A stretch of DNA of 63,940 nucleotides, counting the filler, from Octopus bimaculoides (Eukaryota): assembly GCF_001194135.2 (NCBI RefSeq). It is 4 parts of 4 records of this genome, joined end to end, with 100 filler letters (N's around TTAATTAATTAA, not from the genome) between each part and the next. Parts side by side here need not be neighbours in the genome. Positions count along the whole stretch, not along the records: positions 1 to 29,673 come from NC_068986.1; positions 29,774 to 55,657 come from NC_068985.1; 2 more parts are not named here. One strand, 5' to 3'. Within the stretch, counting starts at the first letter, position 1, and every line of letters starts with the position of its first letter. The notes below the pieces were generated by a model that saw nothing but the letters and a program-made list of their open reading frames with translations, had not been told where the DNA came from and did no database searches. The translations under genes and the position numbers were made by a program. Of the stretch, positions 27,584 through 39,850 are shown in pieces.

Positions 27584-28498
27584 GATCTCTATCCCTCTCC
27601 CTCTCGTCTCTCTCTCTCTCTGTATATATACACATGTATGTATGTATGTGCGCGTATGTTGGGAGGGCGAATTTGTCGATATGTCCTTGACGTTGTGTAA
27701 TGGCGAAGGCTAGTATTATTCTCGAGAGAATTATATGTATGCAACATTTTCCTATATAATTCTCCAAATATAACCAATATTTCATGATGCCTTCTTGTGA
27801 TGCACAATGTGAATGACTTGTCAAAAATTTTGAAAATAGTTCTTTTATTAATGAACGAAACAAATAATATGCTGTACATTTTTGAGAACCATTGAATAAA
27901 AGGTTTTATGTTAAATAGAATTAATGGGATGGCTGCGGTTGGAACACCAATAAGTGTAAGACAGACTAGACCTGGAAGCTAAATTTCACCTGTAAAAACT
28001 TGGTGAATAAACAACGACAGCGACAGAGACAACTCTGAAATACGACACAAGAGATTCAAAATATTTTCTGTGCATATTAACAAATTGTTGATTTTAAAAT
28101 GGAACACTTGTTGCTTGTAGCGAATCTTACTTCGTTCCATGTGTCATTTAGCAGGTCTTATGATTTCGGCAATTAAGACTGGCAAAGCCTATCTATCTCT
28201 TAGATGTACAGGCTTTGTCAGTTGTCGCCGGAACCAATACCCTATATATATATATATATATATATNNNNNNNNNNNNNNNNNNNNNNNNNNNNNNNNNNN
28301 NNNNNNNNNNNNNNNNNNNNNNNNNNNNNNNNNNNNNNNNNNNNNNNNNNNNNNNNNNNNNNNNNNNNNNNNNNNNNNNNNNNNNNNNNNNNNNNNNNNN
28401 NNNNNNNNNNNNNNNNNNNNNNNNNNNNNNNNNNNNNNNNNNNNNNNNNNNNNNNNNNNNNNNNNNNNNNNNNNNNNNNNNNNNNNNNNNNNNNNNNN

Positions 28499-28531
<33 letters not shown>

Positions 28532-28532
<1 letters not shown>

Positions 28533-28860
28533 CTAGCAGCTAAGCCCGGTTTCACTCGGTCTGTTTGAATGATGTGGCTGTGATCGTTTTCGGTTAGGCA
28601 TACTCTATAACAGCGTTTCTGAACTTTATCATTTCGGGTCTCCTGTTTCGACTGGAGCCTCCAACTGTATGTAAATTTCCTGACCGCACCCTTTTGTCAG
28701 AAAACAGCTTCAGGAGTTGTGAAGAAAGAATGTGTACATAGTCTGTTTCTGAGAGCTATTCTATTGGACATCCGTTTAATCATTAAAACATTGGGCGATC
28801 TTTCGATATGGGAACACATGACTGTCACTTACAAACCACTTATTGACAACGTGTGTTTAT
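28532..28860 (-). mobile_element. Possible non-autonomous Helitron, 3' terminus
   Basis: Reverse strand ends ccgagtgaaaccggg (imperfect GC hairpin)-cttagctg-CTAG|T within a TA tract. The 5' TC end was not found, so the upper boundary is a guess. Confidence 0.4.
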
Positions 28861-29065
28861 TTACATGTTTGAAGATAATCGTTGGCTTGCGTAATTTTTT
28901 TTATTTTTTAATCTGGAGTTGGGTGGAAAGGGGATCTTTTGAAGTCGGCGTGAAAACGAAAGTGACAGAGAGACCACGATTGTATTGGGCTGAAGCGGAG
29001 GAATTGATGTGCGTGCGTGCGTGCGTGTGTGAGAGAGAGGGAGAGAGAGGGACAAAGAGTGTGTA

Positions 29066-29116
<51 letters not shown>

Positions 29117-29673
29117 CTGAGAGAGAGAGAGAAAAAAAAAGGAAGAGAGAGAGATAACTGAATTTTTTTTATTCACTTTTGTAGTGAAAGCATGTGTGAG
29201 TGATTGACAGAGAAAACGCGAGAGCGAGAGAGAGAGAGGTAATGTATGCATGTGTGTATGAATTGCTTCAGTGACACACACACAGACACACACACACACG
29301 CTGGTTGTTATGTAGGTAGGTATGTATGTATGTATGTATGCATGCATGTATGCATGCATGTATGTATGTATACATAGATGTATGTATCTATGTATGGCCG
29401 AGAGAGAGTTAACTGAAATTTTGTTATACGCTTGTTGTAGTGAGTGAATGTGCGAGTGACTGAAAGAGAAAAGGAGAGAGAGGTTATGTATGTATGTATG
29501 TATGAATTGCTTTGGCTGACTGTCATCCTGTTGCTAGCGAAATGTTATATGCCGGCTGCGTGATCAACTGGTTGTTTTAATAGCGGGGGAATTCCATTAC
29601 AAAAAGCTCAAGACAAGAAAGAATACGACGATCGGTCATGTCCAATTGATATTATATATATATATATATATAT

Positions 29674-29773
29674 NNNNNNNNNNNNNNNNNNNNNNNNNNN
29701 NNNNNNNNNNNNNNNNNTTAATTAATTAANNNNNNNNNNNNNNNNNNNNNNNNNNNNNNNNNNNNNNNNNNNN
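29674..29773. other. Assembly join marker 44N-TTAATTAATTAA-44N (also 55658-55757 and 62410-62509)
   Basis: Identical 100-bp layout three times. Confidence 0.9.
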
Positions 29774-29997
29774 ATCTACATAGTGTTGATGGGGAAGTTT
29801 TCAAGGAACTTCTGGACAGGTTTCTGTCTTAGATATCTGATGAACCCACATCGCGGCAGGAGACGCAAAGAAGAGCAGCTCACTCCAATTCGCTACTTCA
29901 CAAAAAACAATACCAGAAACAACACTGAGTAAGTACAGGTGGTGCACCAGCATGACCTCATCCCGGGGCTGAAACCAGTAAAAACTAAAAAAAGATA

Positions 29998-30000
<3 letters not shown>
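29774..30000 (+). mobile_element. L2/CR1-group LINE 3' end
   Basis: Translates LHSVDGEVFKELLDRFLS*ISDEPTSRQETQRRAAHSNSLL (FK..LD.FL..IPD.P...RAA.SNSL motif), then a short UTR and a TA tail. Confidence 0.7.
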
Positions 30001-30028
<28 letters not shown>

Positions 30029-31199
30029 ATATCGGATTGAATTAATCCTCATCTGTAAGACTTACTTCGTGCCTTGCGTTAAGCTGAACTCATTTTGTCA
30101 GTTTATAGACAATACCGCAGGAATCAGTGAAGAAAGATGGCCGATGGTCACATGCGAGCAACGAAAGAGCAAAGGAGGGAGAGTGAGAAAGAGAGAGGGA
30201 CAGACAGAGAGGGGAAGAGGAAAAGAAACAGAGAAAGGATGAGTTCGAGAAAGGAACGAAAGCGCTAATAATAATGATGAAATAAAAAGATTTTTTTCAA
30301 AAATTCTGACGACTTTTTTCTCAATATATATATATATTTCGAATTCGCTGGAACGTGATTATGTGAGTTGTCCTTTTTTGTATTGTTTTCATGGAGTATT
30401 TCGTGTCGTGGAGCATTCTAATGAGGGGAGTGTCTGGTTCTTTTAAAATATGAAATTCATGTCATATTAACTGATACGTCTCCGAAACGGCCCGTCGAAG
30501 AAAATTTAGATCCATTGAACATTGTCTCTAATTTTAGTATGTCCGTTTAAGGCTGTAAAATGTCTGACTTTCTACTTTCCACACGCTTTGTGTTGTAACT
30601 CGAAATCTTTAGTCCTTATAACATATCCTATGAACTTATAATTTACTATATCCTATTTCATATCGACATCTATTTTAAATGCATATGTATTTATAAATGT
30701 TTTTATATATTTTTAAATATCTTAGTGTTTTTAAATATTCTATGTGCTTGTATTCTGACCTCTAAATTTTTATTCCTCTATAGTATATCGTGTGAACTTA
30801 TAATTCACTATGTTTTATATAATATCAACGTTTTTATATCTTAATATATGTATATTTTGTACTTATTTTACTTATATATTTTCAAAAATGCCTTTGTATT
30901 TATAAATGCTTTTAAATATTTTTAGATATTTGTGGGCTTATAAAAATATGTATATGTCTATATGCTTGTATGTTATTAATACTTCTGTTATGTTGAGCTT
31001 TATGCCGCTTTATTAATGTCGAAGTAAGTGTGCATATATATTGAATATTCTGCTGGATAATAGGTCACGTCCCTCTAGTTTTCCACTCGTATTGCCTCCA
31101 CTCAAATTAGTAATTTGGAACTTAGCTCAATTTGAGCACTTCGATTCTAGCCTGTCTACGAGTATTGTTAATTAATAACAATACCTATAAAATAGTATA

Positions 31200-31236
<37 letters not shown>

Positions 31237-32784
31237 AGTGTGTGTGTGTGCATATAAGTTGCTGTGAAACAAAATTTGTAAAGTGTTACAGTACCCCTCT
31301 CTTGGTAGCAGCACTAGAAACAATGTATATTTCAGTTTAGCAATCATGTAACACACGGACTGATTATCAGAAATGTATATAAATCTGCTCTTATTGGGTT
31401 TCCCGACACTTTTTCAATGTTAACTGGTCACATACATTGACAAACAAAGCACAACATACAATACACTGAATGTTCATATTGTTCTCAATATAAACTTTGA
31501 AAACAATTTTGTTTTAGACTTTTAAATTAAGTATTTCCGGAAGAATTTCCTGAATGACTGATAACTGAGTGGAGAGAATAGGGAAAAACACATGTAGAAA
31601 ATTCGTCAGCCACTTGTGAATATACATGACGTTGTACTAAATGACGTTGTACTAAATGCATAATTATTTCCGATATAATTAGCAAGTGGTTGTACTCATC
31701 ATTTGAACAAACATATCACAAACAACAGCGACATGGATGGATACTGCAATGATTTTACTCACATATTACTTAACAGCTATATATATATATATATATATAT
31801 ATATANNNNNNNNNNNNNNNNNNNNNNNNNNNNNNNNNNNNNNNNNNNNNNNNNNNNNNNNNNNNNNNNNNNNNNNNNNNNNNNNNNNNNNNNNNNNNNN
31901 NNNNNNNNNNNNNNNNNNNNNNNNNNNNNNNNNNNNNNNNNNNNNNNNNNNNNNNNNNNNNNNNNNNNNNNNNNNNNNNNNNNNNNNNNNNNNNNNNNNN
32001 NNNNNNNNNNNNNNNNNNNNNNNNNNNNNNNNNNNNNNNNNNNNNNNNNNNNNNNNNNNNNNNNNNNNNNNNNNNNNNNNNNNNNNNNNNNNNNNNNNNN
32101 NNNNNNNNNNNNNNNNNNNNNNNNNNNNNNNNNNNNNNNNNNNNNNNNNNNNNNNNNNNNNNNNNNNNNNNNNNNNNNNNNNNNNNNNNNNNNNNNNNNN
32201 NNNNNNNNNNNNNNNNNNNNNNNNNNNNNNNNNNNNNNNNNNNNNNNNNNNNNNNNNNNNNNNNNNNNNNNNNNNNNNNNNNNNNNNNNNNNNNNNNNNN
32301 NNNNNNNNNNNNNNNNNNNNNNNNNNNNNNNNNNNNNNNNNNNNNNNNNNNNNNNNNNNNNNNNNNNNNNNNNNNNNNNNNNNNNNNNNNNNNNNNNNNN
32401 NNNNNNNNNNNNNNNNNNNNNNNNNNNNNNNNNNNNNNNNNNNNNNNNNNNNNNNNNNNNNNNNNNNNNNNNNNNNNNNNNNNNNNNNNNNNNNNNNNNN
32501 NNNNNNNNNNNNNNNNNNNNNNNNNNNNNNNNNNNNNNNNNNNNNNNNNNNNNNNNNNNNNNNNNNNNNNNNNNNNNNNNNNNNNNNNNNNNNNNNNNNN
32601 NNNNNNNNNNNNNNNNNNNNNNNNNNNNNNNNNNNNNNNNNNNNNNNNNNNNNNNNNNNNNNNNNNNNNNNNNNNNNNNNNNNNNNNNNNNNNNNNNNNN
32701 NNNNNNNNNNNNNNNNNNNNNNNNNNNNNNNNNNNNNNNNNNNNNNNNNNNNNNNNNNNNNNNNNNNNNNNNNNNNNNNNNNNN

Positions 32785-33879
32785 CTCTACCTTTATTTTG
32801 AGGGTAGAGTAGTTTCCTACTTCAGTATGGACACTGATATATATCGACAAGAAGAGGGTTTAGCTATGGGTTCGCCATTATCACCGATAATATCCAATAT
32901 GTACATGGAATACTTTGAGAATTTGGCTTTAGGATCAACACCACTAAAACCAACCCTATGACTGCGATATGTTGATGACACCGTCATACTCTGACCCTAC
33001 CAAGAAGATGACCAAGTGCTGTTAAATCATGTGAACTCAATGAAGCCATCCATACAGTTCACAATGGAAAAGGAAAAAGACAATCAACTAGTATTCCTGG
33101 ACGTATTAATAACACGCACCAAGTATGGATTCAGGACATCCGTATACCGCAAGCCGACCTTCACTGGACAATACCTCAGCTTCAATTCCAACCATCCATA
33201 CAGTGTAAAGAGAGGGATTGCTCAGTGCCTAAAACATCGAGCAATGAATATAAGTAGCGATCGTGATACCCACCACGAAGAAATGATCAAACTCAGTAAC
33301 AATCTATTAAGCAACAACTACTCCAAAAGCATTCTCTACACTCCAATTATGAAGAAAAGAGAGGATGAAACCAACAAACTGTCCACAGTCTGTCTACCTT
33401 ATGTGAAAGACCTCTCCGAAAAGATACAAAAGATATGTGGCCTATATAACACCAGGACAGTATTCAAAAGTAATACAACACTTCACAAATATCTCCTTCG
33501 AGTAAAACCACCAATAGAAGACAATATGACTAAGAACTGTGTGTACTCCATCCTATGCAGCTGTGGTAGGTTATACAAAGGCAAAACATGCCACCCGCTC
33601 AAAATAATCAAAATAAGGGTAGACAAACATCGCAAAGCTGTGACACGGGGAAATATAGATAAATCGGGTATAGCTGATCATGTATGGAAAAATGGAGACC
33701 ACCTTCCCCTGAAGGATGAAGTTAGAATAATAGACAGAGAAGACCACTGGAAAACATGAAAACTAAAAGAAGCAGCACATATGCTAGGACACAACAACCT
33801 CCTAAGTAGAGCGAGTGTAGATATGAACAGCATATGGGAACCGGTATTAAGGAAGGATAGGAAAATATTAGATTTATAA
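32785..33879 (+). pseudogene. Penelope-like element (Penelope/Poseidon type): RT C-half + GIY-YIG endonuclease, inactivated
   Basis: One frame reads YRQEEGLAMGSPLSP...LRYVDD...LDVLI...VYRKPTFTGQYLSFNSNHP...CVYSILCSCGRLYKGKT...SGIADHVW...KLKEA. It has three in-frame TGA stops; the 5' part lies in the gap. Confidence 0.92.
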
Positions 33880-33919
33880 GCCCTAAAATTCACTCCATAA
33901 TTGCCCACGGACATATGAC

Positions 33920-34225
33920 GTAGAAGTTAAGAGTATGGACTACTAACCCCAAGATTCCGAGTGACCTAAATGATAATAATAATAACAACAACATCGAAAA
34001 ATACCTTAGGAATGAGAACCCAGGTTCGAAATTTCCCTAAGACATCTGATGAAGGCTGGAGGGTATATCAGCCGAGANNNNNNNNNNAAGACATCTGATG
34101 AAGGCTGGAGGGTATATCAGCCGAGACGTTGTGTTAACAACAAACAAGATGAAGACAAATATCCATCAATTGTAAATAATGTAAATAATGTACATGATTC
34201 TTCATCTCTTAAATATAGAACTGTT
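33920..34225 (+). mobile_element. tRNA-headed hammerhead-ribozyme element (family H1), copy A
   Basis: gtagaagttaagagtatggactactaaccccaagattccgag head (B box deleted), (AAT)n, HHR, tail ending ctcttaaatatagaac. Confidence 0.8.
34090..34135 (+). ncRNA. Minimal type I hammerhead ribozyme, copy A (GAAA->GAGA mutation)
   Basis: gacat-CTGATGA-a-ggctg/gagggtatat/cagcc-GAGA-cgtt-gtgtt. Confidence 0.75.
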
Positions 34226-34429
34226 TTATCTTAACAATAAACTCTATAAATTAGACTACCACAACCATAATAATCTCTCTAATAGAACTGTTTATACTAA
34301 TGTAACCAACTCACAAATCGGGTATAGCTGATCATGTATGGGTAAATGGAGACCACCTCTTTTTCGATATTATTAATAAGAAAACTAAACCTAAGTATAC
34401 AGACAACAAATACTGAAAAAAAATAACCA

Positions 34430-35214
34430 TAGAAAGAAATAGGAACATGAAACCTACACACTTTAAACATCCACTTTGTCTCAAAACATCTCATCCTCCT
34501 AATAACTCCCGCAACCACACAACTAATATTAACAAAATTAGGGGCAATAATACGAAAGGAAAAGACAATCCTATACCCTATGTTCGAATGGAATACTCAC
34601 AAAATTCGACAATAAGGATAACAACAATAACATCATTTGGATAATAATTCTCTTTTGTTGAACATTTAAAATCTAATTTTATTAAATCAATTAGAAACAT
34701 TATTAAAGTTAACTTTAAAAACTTTAGCTATGCAAAAATATTCAATAAAAAATGGATCAAATTTGGATTTTCAGTATCTCCAAGCCTATTTAGGATCATC
34801 TCCTCATTTAACAATAGGAAACTAAATCAATTCTACCATAAATATCTCTTTCTGATATATTTGCTAATCCCAATAATTCCAATAATTCCTTTTCTAATAA
34901 CGATAATTGTCAAAATTACACATCCTCAAATTATCCTTAATACATATAGACATAACAATAAAGTATCAAATAATAGTTCTAATTGTAATTGTAGAAACCC
35001 AAATACCTGTGAGGTAACAGGTAACTGTAAAATGAAAAATGTAGTATACTAAGCTACAATTATTACCCATAATCTCTCTAATTTCACGTTCGTTGGATGT
35101 ACTCAAAACCCTTTTAAATTGCGATTAAATAACCATAAATCATCTTTTAACGATCGTAGTAAAGGAAATAGTACAGGTCTACCTAAAAAGGTTTGGCAAC
35201 TGAAAAGAAGCAAC
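34430..35214 (+). pseudogene. Neptune-like PLE remnant (linker + Cys motif + GIY-YIG)
   Basis: ...KSNFIKSIRNII...AKIFNKKWIKFGFS... and CNCRNPNTCEVTGNCKMKNVVY*ATII...FVGCTQNPFKLRLNNHKSSFN...TGLPKKVWQLK. Confidence 0.8.
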
Positions 35215-35264
35215 ACATAATTACTCATCTCTTAAATATAGAAATGTAATTACTTGACACGATA

Positions 35265-35660
35265 GTGGCACTCCGTCGGTTACGACGATGAGGGTTCCAG
35301 TTGATCTGATCAATGGAACAGCCTGCTCCTGAGATTAACGTGCAAGTGGCTGAATACTCCACAGACCCGTGTACCCTTAATGTAGTTCTCAGGGAGATTC
35401 AGCGTGACACAATGTGACAAGAATGGCCCTTTGAATTACAGGTACAAGAGAAACAGTAAGAAAGAGTGAGAGAAAGTTGTGGTGAAACAGTACAGTAGGG
35501 TTCACCCCCCCCTCCTGCCGAAGCCTCGTGGAGCTTTAGGTGTTTTAGCTCAATAAACACTCAGAACGCCCGTTCTAGGAATCGAAACCGCGATCCTACG
35601 ACCGCGATTCCACTGCCCTAACCACTGGGCAATTGCGCCATTGCGCCATTACGCCTCCAC
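35265..35660 (-). mobile_element. SINE family S2 (tRNA head ggcgcaatggcccagtggttagggc; ~390 bp), full length
   Basis: Reverse complement matches 63513-63900 end to end. Confidence 0.9.
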
Positions 35661-37654
35661 TACCTGTCACAGTAGTAATCTTAAGAAGCTGGACCACACA
35701 AAACTAGGAAAAGAAATCACAACTGATTAAGAAATTACATGAATGAAACTATGAAAATATGCAAACACACAGATGCATCATAGCCTGTGTCAAGTGCACA
35801 ATCACATGTGCAGACATGCAGTAATGTGCATACATACACACACACAAGTCGAGACATGCATATCCATATTTGCAATAAACATCATTGCTTGCGTACATGC
35901 ATACATACATTTATACATACATCTATAAATTATCCGTACCTTCACTATCGATTCCTAATTAATTTTTCTCTTACGCTTTCTGGTGAAACGAGTAGACATT
36001 ACATTTGTGAACAAGGACAAGAATCATTAGAAAGAAGACCCAGCTGTTATAGGTTGCCGAGTGCACATCTATAGAATATATATTGCTCGCAGTTGACCTT
36101 CACCTAGTAGTAACAAATAGCGTGTAAACATAAAATATGAAGAACTGGAAAATCATAACCGAGAAGTATCAACACCATAGATTTCTTACATAAAATACAG
36201 AGCAGCTGTTTAAAGACAGGCAAGATGGTGGATTATATTTCATCGAATGATCGTTATAGTAAATAAAAAAAGAAAGAACAGTCGATGGTGGAAAGGAAAC
36301 GGTTGATTGATTGAGAAAGAGAAAATACTGCAGTATTCAGTTACGATCTGGATTTCTACCCTTTGTGTTCATTGTAATCGACTTTATTGTAAACATCGCA
36401 GGATTGATATAAAAAATAGCTTTTATGAACTTGTGTTGACTCAATCGACTGTCCTGTCAGTCAAAAACATTAGGCCTTATATTTCATCAATACAAAACTT
36501 TTAAATGATGTGACATCGTTACAGTAGGGAAGCAGATATAGGTTAACCATTAATAATAAAGATTTTAAAAAAATATTAAAAATAATAAACACAGGGCAAC
36601 CTTATAAGGGGGAAACAAAATGTGATCTGACAATCATGATTTCATATTTAAGTGAAGTGAAATAACTACAAACATGAATAAAACAAATTACATTTTCGAT
36701 TGAAATGTTCCCAAACAGGAAAATGTTTGTCTGTCGTGTAAAAACGTGACTGACGTTTCATACAGTTTAAATTAATGTCTCTGAAGGTCTTTGCTCGTAA
36801 TGTGAGACCGCATGTCCCATCGATGTATACGAACTTCAAATTCGAGAATCTTATAAAATAAATGATTTGTATGGACGAAAGACACTACAATTTTCTTCCG
36901 ATTGGTAGTTGTAGATTATTTTTACAATAAGGAATCCAATATTGTGAAACCCTATTTAATCAATGACAAAATAATTTTACTTGTAATATCTCATTCTATT
37001 TCTCTTGGAATGGTGAATTTTATTTTACTCCAAAAGTATAAATGCATCCCGCCGACCAGTTGTTCGATCAACGAAACTGTCGATTCATTTAATTAGCACA
37101 CACATGGTTGAGTATTCCATATACACACGTGCCTTTGAAGCAATTCTCATGAAGAACCAGCATAGCAGAAGTGACCAGATCGGAACTTTGGATTACCTGC
37201 TACAATCAATCAGACAGACCTTCATACTGTTTCTGTATACACGGTTCCACTCAGAAGGACATGGCCGATCGGAAGTTGTGATAAAAGGTACTTCTCTAAG
37301 ATGCTGTACTGCTGCTTCGAAACCGGGACCCAACGATTACGTTTCGAAACGAACTTTTTAACCATTCAGCCGTGCCTGCGTTCAGTTTATCAGCCCATAT
37401 AGCGTATCACGTTTACATTGAATGGCGTTCAACTTTTACGTCTTCAGTCTTTCCTTACTCCAGATAATAACTAAATGTGTTTCTGCACTTGTTCCTCTTC
37501 AGTATTGCATCTCTAACTTTTGTACAATGATAACAATCTAAGCCATCTTTCTAGCGGCGTCTGTCGTTTCCCACATTAACTGACCCGTTCAGCTGCATAC
37601 ACCTGATACTCACTACTCAAATGTTATTTACCTTCAACATTATATTTTATCTTT

Positions 37655-37800
37655 TACTTGTTTCATTCAGTAGACTGCGGCCATGCTGGGGCACTGCCTT
37701 TAGGAATTTTAGTCGAAAGAATTGATCCCAGTATTTATCAATATTTTAAGCCTGGTACTTATTCTGTGGAACCCTTGGCTGAACCGTCACGTGATACGCT
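37655..37800 (-). mobile_element. SINE family S3, 3' fragment
   Basis: cttttacttgtttc...gactgcggccatgctgggg...aagcctggtacttattc. Confidence 0.75.
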
Positions 37801-38150
37801 ATATGGTTTGATAAACTGAAGTAGTGAGTATCTGATGGAACTCCAATATTCAGAGTATTGATAGAATCTGTTTTGTTTTTCGCCCTTTTGTATTTCTTCA
37901 TCATTTCGAACTGTTCAGGCATAAATGCCAACTACAGCACAGTGAAGGAGCTGTGACTCACGCGAAGATAAGTATGAGACAAAAGAGAAAAAGGACTGAG
38001 AGGAACTTTTAAACTGTGGACCAAATCACCGAAACTCTCCTCCGTAATAACGAGAGACTTTCTAAATGGTCGCTCGACTAGTGAGATATAGCAGAAGAAT
38101 CGCACTCAAGTTATACTACAATACTGTCTCAGAAAAAGAAGGACACATTG

Positions 38151-38202
38151 AGCACGGGCTACTAATCCCAAGATTCCGAGTTCGATTCCAGGCAGTGACC
38201 TA

Positions 38203-38252
<50 letters not shown>

Positions 38253-38412
38253 CAACAACAACATCGAAAAATACCTTAGAAATGAGAACCCAGGTTCGAA
38301 ATTTCCCCAAGACACCCGATGAAGGCTGGAGGGTATATCAGCCGAAACGTTGTGTTAATAACAAACAAGATGAAGACAAATATCCGTCAAATGTAAATAA
38401 TGTAAATAAAGT
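38151..38412 (+). mobile_element. H1 element copy B, 5'-truncated, with 6-bp TSD ACATTG
   Basis: agcacgggctactaatcccaagattccGAGTTCGATTCCaggcagtgacc (B box), (AAT)n, HHR. ACATTG at 38145-38150 and 38413-38418. Confidence 0.85.
38311..38356 (+). ncRNA. Minimal type I hammerhead ribozyme, copy B (CCGAUGA core variant)
   Basis: gacac-CCGATGA-a-ggctg...cagcc-GAAA-cgtt-gtgtt; stem I gacac/gtgtt. Confidence 0.8.
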
Positions 38413-38932
38413 ACATTGGATAATATAATACTGGATAAATAAAATGCCCTAATAAATGACAGCAAGATATGGTTGGGACAGTTTTGATTGAAGGGTTGCA
38501 TATCCATGTCTGAAATTGAGCTAGATAACAACAACAACAACGATACCAGCAATAACAACAACAAAAGCAACACACCTGAGCGTGTCTAGCACAGGTGTGT
38601 GATATTTGTTTCCAAAGACATTAAATTTACCTGACGCTTATCTGTCTCTTCATTACAGCGATCATGCCTCGATCTCTTTCCTTGTTTCATTTACGTTTCA
38701 ACGATGATTTCCACCTTTCAATACTAGCCTCTGGTATTTTTTCCTCTGCTCACGCGTTTCTGCTAACCAAAATTCCAACCCTTGCAATTAATGCCGAGCA
38801 CCTAGGAAAACGGTACGGTTCCTATGTTCTAGACGAAGTTACGAAATAATGTCAGTGGAAAGTTCAAGGAAGTTCAAGCAAAAGTAGCAGTAGAATGAAC
38901 AGAAAGAACATCACATGTAAAANNNNNNNNNN

Positions 38933-39258
38933 GGGCAAGTGTCTTCTACTATAGCCTCGGGCCAACCAAAGCCTCGTGAGTGGATTTGGTAGACGGAAAC
39001 TGAAAGAAGCCCGTCGTATATGTGTATATATATGTATATATATGTATGTGTGTATGTTTGTGTGTCTGTGTTTGTCCCCCCAACATCGCTTGACAACCGA
39101 TGCTGGTGTGTTTACGTCCCCGTAACTTAGCGGTTTGGCAAAAGTGACCGATAGAATAAGTACTAGGCTTACAAAGAATAAGTCCTGGGGTCGATTTGCT
39201 CGACTAAAGGCGGTGCTCCAGCATGGCCACAGTCAAATGACTGAAACAAGTAAAAGAG
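38933..39258 (+). mobile_element. SINE family S3, well conserved (head in gap)
   Basis: gggcaagtgtcttctactatagcc...gacggaaactgaaagaagccc-(TA/TG)n-cgcttgacaaccgatgctgg...gactgaaacaagtaaaag. Confidence 0.85.
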
Positions 39259-39850
39259 TAGAGTATACATACAATGACGTGAAACTTAACTTGAGAAAAA
39301 TATATTCTGGTCTGATGCAACTGTTAAAACAGGAATTCCGCCTGTGACTTTTATTTTTATCAGCAGGAAAACACTCAACGACATTGGTTACAGCAGTATT
39401 AAAATAACATGCAACATAATCCAGTTTAACAAGTTTATACGCAAACGGACCACGAATGACCAGGCTAATACGAACAAAGAAATAAGCAGTTATACAATTT
39501 CTGCGAAAGTATATTCAAGAAATTTCCCAAACCCATTGTTATAAATTAGAAGAACAGATCTACAATTGTTAACATATATACTGCAACTTGAGAAACGACT
39601 TACACAGTGCCTTACATGGCGTGTGAAGTCGATTTATTTCGTTATACTTTTTGCTAAAGAGAATATAGTTTTCGACATATCGACTTCAATTTAGTAGTCA
39701 TATTTATTCAATCTCAAATGTATAGATGAAAAACAGAAAAGAAAAGTGAATTATGGCATGGTTTGAGCCAGGATTGGGCTTACCGGGCGTCACGCTTTTT
39801 AGTTTCTGTCAAGTGATTGGCTCAGAGCCTTTATTTACTGAGAGGTAAAA

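Larger units (their letters stand above)
38050..38520 (+). repeat. R4 repeat interrupted by H1 copy B
   Basis: R4 sequence stops at ggacacattg (38150) and resumes acattggataat (38413). Confidence 0.6.

Noticed and set aside
29718-29729. Palindromic TTAATTAATTAA islands inside gaps (also 55702 and 62454)
   Set aside because: Exactly 44N+12+44N each time, with stops in all six frames: a synthetic scaffolding marker, not biology.
30465-30500. ctgatac...gaaacggcccgtc, HHR-like
   Set aside because: The core lacks GA, and neither stem I nor stem II can be formed.
31627-31660. 15-bp tandem duplication atgacgttgtactaa (similar 11-bp duplication at ~8140)
   Set aside because: Two units only, no spacers: a slippage duplication, not CRISPR-like.
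32955-33759. TGA stops at conserved Trp positions of the PLE RT that A-to-I editing could restore
   Set aside because: G->A decay explains them, a 5' G neighbour is disfavoured by ADAR, a third stop and a frameshift also exist, and there is no expression evidence. No SECIS is seen either.
34038-34126. Apparent tandem dimer of the hammerhead (ideal for dimeric cleavage)
   Set aside because: The two copies are identical, including the private GAGA mutation, and are separated by a 10-N gap. This is most likely a contig-overlap artefact; long reads would settle it.
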